From positions 1 to 64,000 of the forward strand of contig JBODTK010000156.1 in assembly GCA_050613775.1 (NCBI GenBank): a DNA stretch of 64,000 nt, read 5' to 3'. This document shows positions 56,244 to 64,000 of this stretch, piece after piece. Both the position numbers and the translations under genes were made by a program. The notes beneath the pieces are model-generated. The model was given only the letters and a program-made list of their open reading frames with translations, did not search any database and was not told the origin of the DNA. This stretch comes from Neocallimastix sp. 'constans'. Taxonomy: Eukaryota. Every line of letters starts with the position of its first letter. Within the stretch, counting starts at the first letter, position 1.

Positions 56244-59200
56244 AAGTCGAGCTCCTGCGAGAATCATTTCTTGAGGGAAGTTCTATAACAAAGGGTTGAT
56301 ATTTATGTCTTACAATGAAATCATTGGCATGATCATCATTCTTAATAGATTCTTGATCCTTTGTTCTTGTTTTATTTTTCTTATTTTTTCTAAAGTATTC
56401 CTGAATTAATTGTTTATCTAAAATTTGATCTTCATCTATCCAAGAGTCTTCATTTGATCCTTTCCAAGAGATAAGAAAACGATTCTTTCCTTTATAAGTT
56501 CTCATATTAATTATTTTATCTGGAATCATATCGGAATTATTTGTAGTTAAATTTATACTCTTTCGTTTATTAACATTTCTATCTTCAAATTCATTCTCAT
56601 AATAAGGTTCAAGTAAAGAAACATGAAAAATTGGATGACAATGCATATTATTAGGTAGTTTAAGTTTGTACGCTAAGGGACTAACTTTTTCAATTATTTC
56701 AAAAGGACCTATCAATTGATCGGCTAGTTTTCTTTTAACATTCTTAGTAGTAGATCCTTTAAGTAACCAAACTTTTTTACCGACTTCGAAACTAGGGGAA
56801 GGAAGTCTTTTCAAATCGGCGTATTTTTTATAAGTTTTCTTAGCTTCTTCTAAGTTTCTTTTTAAAAATTCAATATTTTTATTAATATCTAATATTCTTT
56901 TTTCAGCTCTACTTGGTCTTTCTGAGGATGGAATCTCAGGACTAAATTTAGGATTAAAACCATAGTTTGCGAAGAATGGTGATTGATTTATAGATTGATG
57001 TAAAGTATTATTGTAAGCGAATTCAGCGAAAGGTAGTAAATCGACCCAATTATTTTGCCTTTCATTTATGAAACAACGAAGATATTGTTCCAATATTCCG
57101 TTCACCCTCTCCGTTTGACCATCAGTCTCCGGATGGTAAGAGGTAGAAAGAGAATGAGTAATATCAAGAAGTTTACATAAGCGATTCCAAAATTCAGATG
57201 TAAATTGCGATCCTCTATCAGAAATAATAGAATCAGGGAAACCATGTAATTTAAAAATATTCGAGATAAAAGCATCAGCAGCAATTGAAGCAATAGGAAG
57301 ACAACGAAAAGGAATAAAATGAGCCATTTTAGTCAAACGATCAACAACAACCATAATTGTAGTCATATCTTTAGACTTAGGTAATTCAACGATAAAATCC
57401 ATAGAAATATCAGACCAAGCTCTATTAGGAGTGGACAAGGGTGAAAGAAGTCCATATGGCTTGTGTCTAGGAATTTTTGATTTACAGCAAACTTCACAAG
57501 ACTTAATAAATTTTTTAACATCAAGAGAAAAATTAGGCCACCAAAAATTGCGGCTAAGTAATTCTTGAGTCTTAGAAACACCAAAATGACCAGCAGTAGG
57601 AGAGTCATGATGGAGTTCAAGAACTCTCGTTCGAATCGATTTAGGAACATAAATCAGATTATTAAAGAGTAAAAATCCTTCTTTATCAATCATAAATTTA
57701 TTAATATTTTGAATTTTAGGGTTAACAGCATTATTAATAGATAAGGATGATTTAACAGAATTATAGAATTCATCATTCTCAAGAGCATTCAAAATAGAAT
57801 TAGCAAGGGTATCATTATTAATAGTAAAACAGTTAATAACACGACAAGAAGAATTAAATTCAAAATTAAATAAATGATCACTTCTCCTAGATAGTAAATC
57901 AGGTTTACCCGATTTTTTCCCAGATCTATAGACAATATTAAAATCAAAACGAGATAAAAATTCATACCATCTAATTTGACGTTGCGAAAGCATTTCCGGT
58001 TTTCTAGGAAATGTTAAATTTTTATGATCAGTGTAAATAGTAAAGGGATGACGAGCACCCTCTAAAAAGTGACGCCATTGCTCTAAAGCAACTTTAATAG
58101 CGAGAAGTTCCTTATCATAAATGGGGTAGTTTCTTTGAGACTTGGTCAAACTCGAAGAAATAAAGGCAACTGGATGGAGATTGCCATCAACTTCTTGAGA
58201 AAGTACAGCTCCAACTGCAAAGTTACTAGCATCAGTTTCAACGATAAACGGTTTATTACTATCAGGATTAATTAATATTGGAGCAGATGTGAAAAGTTCG
58301 TTCAATTTAACAAAAGCATTCTGTTGCTCAGGTCCCCAAATAAAAGGTACATTTTTACGAGTGAGTTTATGTATTGGTAAAGCTATTTTGGCAAAATCTT
58401 TAATGAAAACTCTATAATAATTACAAAGTCCAATAAATGACTGAACTTCTTTGACATTAGTAGGTACAGGCCAATCTAAAATAGCTTTAATTTTTTCAGG
58501 ATCAGGTTTAAGACCATCTTTAGATATGATGTAGCCCAGGAAGGAGGTTTCCGTTACATCGAATTCACATTTTTCTAGTTTAACATATAAATTATTATCT
58601 AAAAGTTTTTTCAACACTTTTCTAACATGTTCATGATGTTCTTCTAAGTTATTTGAATAAATAAGAATATCGTCGATATATGAGATAACAAAATCATCTA
58701 AGTAGTCACTAAGAACATCATTTATAAAATGTTGAAATGTAGCAGGTGCATTCTTTAACCCAAAAGGCATAACAAGATATTCATAATGTCCATAACGAGT
58801 TCTAAAAGCAGTCTTATACTCATCACCTTCTTTTATTCTTACTAAGTTATATGCAGATTTAAGATCTAACTTAGTAAAATATTTAGCACCTTTAACTCTG
58901 TCAATTAATTCACTTATTAATGGTAAAGGATATGAATTTCTAATAGTCATTTCATTTAATTTTCTGTAATCAATACATAATCTCAAAGTGCCATCTTTCT
59001 TTTTAACAAATAAGACAGGGGCACCAGCTGGTGATTTGGATTTTCTAATAAATCCTTTTGCTAAGTTTTCTTTAATATACTTTTTCAATTCATCCCTTTC
59101 TGCTTCTGTTAAAGGATAAATAGGACCATAGAATAGAATTGAATTATCCTTTAAATTTATTTCACAATCATATTCTCTATGGGGAGGTAATTTATCACAA

Positions 59201-61080
59201 TTCTTTTCATCAAAAACTTCAATATAATCGAGATAACAAGGAGGAATAGAAATTTTATTATCACTATCGTTAACAATATTATTATTATCTAAATTCTGAA
59301 TAATCAGACAGTTACACAAATTGTCTAACACACAATTTTGATAAGAAAAAAAATAGTTTGTTGGTTCGGCGACCAATTTACTTTCTTTATTTAAAATTTC
59401 ATTTTTACATGATTTAATAAAATTACATGATTTTTTGATTTTATCTATTGTACTAAGTTCTCTAAAATTACAAAAGTTAATTTTTTTTTTACTACAATCA
59501 TTATCTTTAACACTAATATTAATACTATCACTATCACTATCACTATCACTATCATTAATGGTTCTAACTTTTCTTCCACGGACGTATTCAGCTTCGCTTT
59601 CTGATTCGGAATCCCAGAGGGGTTTACACTTATATGGAGTACTTGGTTCATAGGAATTTTCTTCTTCAGGTTCGATATCGATCTTACACTTCTTTGAACC
59701 TTTCTTGCTTCTATTTTTGTTTTTTCTTTTTCTTTTACCATTATTACAGTTCCTAGCGCAATAACCAGAAGGAAAGGATATTTTTCTTGAATCATGATAA
59801 TTCATTGGACAATGCTTTTCAATCCAAGGAATACCTAGAATGATATCTACATCAGGAATATAAAGTGCATAGAGTTGAATAACTTCAAAATGGTTCTTGA
59901 ATCGTAAGATACACTTTTCAGTTTGTTCGTAGATGGTAGAGATACCATATCCTAGTCCAGTAACATTGAAAGATCTTTTAACTTCATTCAATTTAATTTT
60001 GTTTTTATTAACGAACGAAGGATGAATAAAATTCAAATCCGAGCCAGAGTCGATAAGAACCCTAACTGGAACTTCTTCAATATCATTTGTTTTTATATAG
60101 AAAGTAATTATATTGTTCTTTCTTTTATTCATAGCATTTTCTTCATCAGTAATAGCTCTAATTTTTTGAGCATCATCGGATTCCTTGATCATTCTAATTC
60201 TTCTTAATTTTGCCGATGGAAGATTTTCATCTGTTTCTCTAATTTTATTCTTGTGTTTAACTCCAGAAGGTCTTTTTCTGTTAGGACAATTAAACTGTAA
60301 GTGTCCTGGTTGTTTACATAAAAAACAAAGACCTTTTTTCTTTTCTTCAGAAAAGTCTCTTTTATTTTCAACATATAAATTTTGATTATAGTTCTGGTTG
60401 TATCTTCTATATCTATCATTTTTGATCCTAAATAAATCAACATCCATAGGATCATCACGACGACTACTATTTCTCTGGTTGTGGTTACTGTTTTGTTGCG
60501 AATTTCTAACTCGTTGCTGATTATAATAGAATTCAACAAGATTAGTTCGCTTTGACAAATTTTCAATTTGAATTACATCGGTATACAACTTGTTAAGGGA
60601 ATCTGGATTTGGGTTAACAACGGCTAATTGTTCCCTCATTTTGTAATGTAATCCTTTAAGAAACATATAAATTTTGGCTGATTCGTTGAAGTCCGAATTT
60701 TGGCAAGTTGTTTTGAACTGGTTAATATATTCTAACACTTGCCCATATTTTTTCTGACGAATGGTATCTAATTTACCATTAGCCACAATTGTCTCCACTT
60801 CTGGATCCCCATAATTAATTTTAAGTTCCCTCTTAAAATTATTTAAATTATCGATCAAGGGATCTTCATTATCCCATAGATTTGAGGCCCAATTTAAAGG
60901 ATCACCTCTTAAGAATGAGGTTATAAATCTAACCTTTGATCTATCGTCTGGAAAGTCATCTGGGGTATCCTCAAAGTTCATATTTACAATTGTGAGGAAC
61001 CCTTTAAGTTCTTTTCTTTCACCGTTAAAAATCGGTGGCTTACTGACCTTCCGTTTTTCTTCTCGTCCACGTTCTGCCAT
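56242..61080 (-). CDS. Single-frame Gag-Pol polyprotein (capsid, CCHC knuckle, protease, RT, RNase H, integrase, chromodomain)
   Basis: [74 protein letters not shown] and [13 protein letters not shown]. First ATG is at 61080 (MAERG); the track's start at 61125 is GTG. Confidence 0.96.
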   Translation of the reverse strand: MAERGREEKRKVSKPPIFNGERKELKGFLTIVNMNFEDTPDDFPDDRSKVRFITSFLRGDPLNWASNLWDNEDPLIDNLNNFKRELKINYGDPEVETIVANGKLDTIRQKKYGQVLEYINQFKTTCQNSDFNESAKIYMFLKGLHYKMREQLAVVNPNPDSLNKLYTDVIQIENLSKRTNLVEFYYNQQRVRNSQQNSNHNQRNSSRRDDPMDVDLFRIKNDRYRRYNQNYNQNLYVENKRDFSEEKKKGLCFLCKQPGHLQFNCPNRKRPSGVKHKNKIRETDENLPSAKLRRIRMIKESDDAQKIRAITDEENAMNKRKNNIITFYIKTNDIEEVPVRVLIDSGSDLNFIHPSFVNKNKIKLNEVKRSFNVTGLGYGISTIYEQTEKCILRFKNHFEVIQLYALYIPDVDIILGIPWIEKHCPMNYHDSRKISFPSGYCARNCNNGKRKRKNKNRSKKGSKKCKIDIEPEEENSYEPSTPYKCKPLWDSESESEAEYVRGRKVRTINDSDSDSDSDSINISVKDNDCSKKKINFCNFRELSTIDKIKKSCNFIKSCKNEILNKESKLVAEPTNYFFSYQNCVLDNLCNCLIIQNLDNNNIVNDSDNKISIPPCYLDYIEVFDEKNCDKLPPHREYDCEINLKDNSILFYGPIYPLTEAERDELKKYIKENLAKGFIRKSKSPAGAPVLFVKKKDGTLRLCIDYRKLNEMTIRNSYPLPLISELIDRVKGAKYFTKLDLKSAYNLVRIKEGDEYKTAFRTRYGHYEYLVMPFGLKNAPATFQHFINDVLSDYLDDFVISYIDDILIYSNNLEEHHEHVRKVLKKLLDNNLYVKLEKCEFDVTETSFLGYIISKDGLKPDPEKIKAILDWPVPTNVKEVQSFIGLCNYYRVFIKDFAKIALPIHKLTRKNVPFIWGPEQQNAFVKLNELFTSAPILINPDSNKPFIVETDASNFAVGAVLSQEVDGNLHPVAFISSSLTKSQRNYPIYDKELLAIKVALEQWRHFLEGARHPFTIYTDHKNLTFPRKPEMLSQRQIRWYEFLSRFDFNIVYRSGKKSGKPDLLSRRSDHLFNFEFNSSCRVINCFTINNDTLANSILNALENDEFYNSVKSSLSINNAVNPKIQNINKFMIDKEGFLLFNNLIYVPKSIRTRVLELHHDSPTAGHFGVSKTQELLSRNFWWPNFSLDVKKFIKSCEVCCKSKIPRHKPYGLLSPLSTPNRAWSDISMDFIVELPKSKDMTTIMVVVDRLTKMAHFIPFRCLPIASIAADAFISNIFKLHGFPDSIISDRGSQFTSEFWNRLCKLLDITHSLSTSYHPETDGQTERVNGILEQYLRCFINERQNNWVDLLPFAEFAYNNTLHQSINQSPFFANYGFNPKFSPEIPSSERPSRAEKRILDINKNIEFLKRNLEEAKKTYKKYADLKRLPSPSFEVGKKVWLLKGSTTKNVKRKLADQLIGPFEIIEKVSPLAYKLKLPNNMHCHPIFHVSLLEPYYENEFEDRNVNKRKSINLTTNNSDMIPDKIINMRTYKGKNRFLISWKGSNEDSWIDEDQILDKQLIQEYFRKNKKNKTRTKDQESIKNDDHANDFIVRHKYQPFVIELPSRNDSRRSST

Positions 61081-61398
61081 ATCTTCAATGTGGAGGTTTC
61101 TTAGCCTAATATTAAGTTCTTCCACTTTGAAAAAATAAAATTAAAAGAATTCTTATATACGATTATTATTTTTATTTAAATTTACTATTATAATATTATG
61201 TAAAGTCGACTTGGCTCTAACCGCTTGAAATGGTGCCCGTCGAGTAAACAAAATTATTATAATAATAATAAGTTTAAATAAAAATAATCTCAAATATTCC
61301 AATATAATTAGTAATCACGGCGGCGACTTAATGGGTGCAATTATAATTAGTACTTCTTCAAATAGTACTTCTTCTATTATTACTTCTTGTTTCTTCTC

Positions 61399-61623
61399 TT
61401 AGTAATTCTTCAAATGGTAGTTTTCTAATAGGTAGTTCTCTAATTGGTAATTCTCTAACTGGTAGTTTTCTAACTGGTAGTTTTCTAACTGGTAGTTCTC
61501 TAATTGGTAATTCTCTAACTGGTAGTTTTCTAACTGGTAGTTCTCTAATTGGTAGTTCTTTAACTGGTAGTTCTTTAACTGGTAGTTCTCTAACTGGTAG
61601 TTCTTTAACTGGTAGTTCTCTAA
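61399..61623 (-). repeat. 15-bp tandem repeat (TTAGAGAACTACCAG-like) in the retrotransposon leader
   Basis: About 15 units. They read as (L-E/K-N-Y-Q)n on the minus strand. Confidence 0.93.
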
Positions 61624-61660
61624 TCTCGTGATCGTAACGTGCTCCACTTTTTATAACAAG

Positions 61661-61671
61661 GTAGTTGTTAT
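61661..61671 (-). promoter_or_regulatory. Self-priming primer-binding site ATAACAACTAC
   Basis: Directly follows the 5' LTR and has no TGG tRNA-type start. Its exact 11-nt complement lies inside the LTR at 61834-61844. Confidence 0.85.
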
Positions 61672-62409
61672 TGTAAAATGTTCCTTATGGAGCAGATTAC
61701 AATTACGAAAAAAAAACAAAAACAACACTATCAATAACAATACTCAAATGAAATTTATTTTTTAAAAAAATTCTTTTATTAATCACTTTATTATAAAAAT
61801 TCTTTTTATTAGTTATTAACTGCAAAATAGTTAATAACAACTACATTTTCTTTAATAGAATAATTTTACATGTATTTATATTTTTTCTTAATTATATTAT
61901 AATATACTATTTCTATTTATTTAAATATATATTCAATATAAAATAAACAAAAACTAATCTAAATTTAAATAAAGTTATAAAAAACTAAAACTAATTCAAT
62001 AAGCTTTTTATTCAATTTGTTTTGACTCAAATTGAATAAGTTCTTATTTATTATTTATTTATTATTCTTTTATTATTAATACTATTAATTATATATTACT
62101 ATTTAATTTTTATGATTATTAAACTAAACTAAAATTAAACTAAACTAAAATTAAACTAAACTAAAATTATTAATATATTTTATTACTAAATTTTAGGTTA
62201 TTTAAAAATTAATTTTATATTTTTAAATTTATATATTATATGAAATATAAATTTATTATTAATTTTCATAAATCAATTAATTTCATAAATTAATATATTT
62301 TACATAATTTAATGCATTAGCATTATTTTGTAAACGTGAATTACATTAAATAATTTAATGTACAAAATAAATTAATTAATGTACTAAAGATATTGATCAT
62401 ATCTTTACA
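61672..62409 (-). repeat. 5' LTR
   Basis: Direct repeat of 55494-56231. Confidence 0.96.
61873..61880 (-). promoter_or_regulatory. Putative LTR TATA box (TATAAATA)
   Basis: About 30 nt upstream of the transcription start implied by the self-priming model (61844). Weak on its own in AT-rich DNA. Confidence 0.45.
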
Positions 62410-64000
62410 TATATTATTTATAATTAAATAAATAATATTTGTTAACTATTGAAATGTAAATAACTGAAATTGAGATTTCAATTCAGTTATAATTTCAACA
62501 TTTACTAAATTGTACTTTCCTATATTCTTCATAACCTAAACCTCATTGTAAATTTAATTTATTTTGATATAAATTAATTTACACTTGTAAATAATGTAAA
62601 TAAATTTTAATTAATTACTTTATTGTTATATTATTAAATATATGTATATATTAAAATACAATTGTAAATATTAAAATTATACTTTTAAGATACTAAATTA
62701 TTAAAACTATTAATTAAATATTATTATAAAAATTTATTTATTATAACTATTAAATATTATTATAAAATTATTAAGATTATTAATTAAATTTATTATTAAA
62801 AATTATTATTAAAAATTTTTACTTATTATAAAAATTATTATTTAAATATTATCAAATTTATTAATTAAATATTATAAAAATTTTATTTTATTTTGAAAAT
62901 AATTACAAGTATTATTTAAAATAATTAAAGATTATTAAATTTATTATATTAATCTTTAAAAACAATTTATTTAACTTAAAAATATCAAAGAAAATAGTAA
63001 AAACTATTTTTTATATATTTATTTTATAATTATTTTTAATTAAATTATATTTGAATATTATATTATTATATTTATAAAAATTAAAACAAAAATGAATTAT
63101 TGATATAAAATTAATTCAATAATTCTCTAAAATTACTTAAATTATAAACAATTAATTATACTTTAAATTTATAAAAAAATATAAATATTGTAACAATTTC
63201 TTAAAAATTAAATGTGTGTACTTTAAATAATAAACTTTTATATTAATAAAAAAAATAAGTAACTTTTAATAAAGAATTATTTTTTTTTTAAAATCAAAGC
63301 AGGGTAATACCCGTCCCCCCCTGCTTGATTTTAAATATCTAAGTGTCAACCCCGAGTCTACCAGAAATGATAAATAACCAAATTATAAATTAAGAAAAAT
63401 CAATAAAATGGAATAATAACCCTCTTAATTAGTTATTGATAATTATAAAATAATATTTTAATAAAAATAAATTAAAAGATTTAAAATTATTAAATAAATA
63501 TTATTTTAATTTAAAGAACAATGTATTATATATTAAATTATTCTTTTATTTTACTTTAACGATTTTAAATTAAATCTCAGTTTAAATTGATATTAATATT
63601 AATTAAAAAGAAACTTATTAATAATAACAAAATTGTTTATTTTATCTTAAAAGTGTTTACTTAAAATAATTATATAGTTTTATTTTAAATAATTTAAACT
63701 TAAAAGAAAAATATAAAAACATGTAAATATTTCTTTAAAAATAAAGAATCTGAATTCAAGAATTAAAAATTTAAAATTTAAGTTTTAATAAATTATTTTC
63801 TTTTATTCTCATTTATTTTAAATACTTTTTATTAAGAATATAAATATTCAAAATAATAAAAAGTACAATTTTATATTGATAAATAAAGTTTTATTATAAA
63901 AAAAAAACAAATATTCTTTTCTTATTTTAAACTGTAGTGTTTTAATTAACATTTTTGTGTTGATAACTACCCTTTTAATTGACAAATTATTATCACTTTT
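62410..64000. other. Continuation of the hairpin-module tract, including module A copy 2 (62501-63369)
   Basis: Hairpin ATAACTGAA...TTCAGTTAT (62460-62490), then the repeat of 51216-52188, then new AT-rich sequence after CCAGAAATG. Confidence 0.7.

Larger units (their letters stand above)
55494..62409 (-). mobile_element. Full-length Ty3/gypsy LTR retrotransposon (chromovirus, Tf1/sushi-like)
   Basis: Two 738-bp LTRs with TGTAAA...TTTACA ends, 5-bp TSD TATAT (55489-93, 62410-14), intact gag-pol ORF, PPT and self-priming PBS. Confidence 0.97.

Noticed and set aside
57102..60566. Short ORFs overlapping gag-pol (also 4129-4509 in VPS13 and those inside the transposases)
   Set aside because: Alternative-frame or antisense ORFs within well-supported coding regions, with no recognisable motifs.

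Overview
Extremely AT-rich eukaryotic DNA with many short GT-AG introns. A flagellar gene and a beta-helix/EGF/7TM receptor gene point to an anaerobic gut fungus (Neocallimastigomycota; inferred). The first ~41.3 kb holds seven spliced genes: VPS13 (3' end beyond the window), TRM82/WDR4, a KAT14/CSRP2BP-like PHD+GNAT gene, CFAP57, a BEM46/ABHD13 hydrolase, a large-ectodomain 7TM receptor and ERCC1/RAD10. From 41.5 kb on I recognise no host gene. This part contains a complete Mutator (MULE) transposon with a 10-bp TSD and an inverted, 3'-truncated second copy with an identical transposase. It also contains an intact Ty3/gypsy chromovirus with 738-bp LTRs, a TATAT TSD and a Tf1-type self-priming site. 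The chromovirus sits inside the most unusual feature, an unclassified non-coding tract (~50.5-55.5 kb and 62.4-64 kb). The tract starts with a GC-rich stem-loop island and continues as ~0.75-1 kb hairpin-dense modules joined at recurring (CC)AGAAATG and TTTACT motifs, with some modules reused in different combinations. Exon boundaries were read by eye and are approximate.
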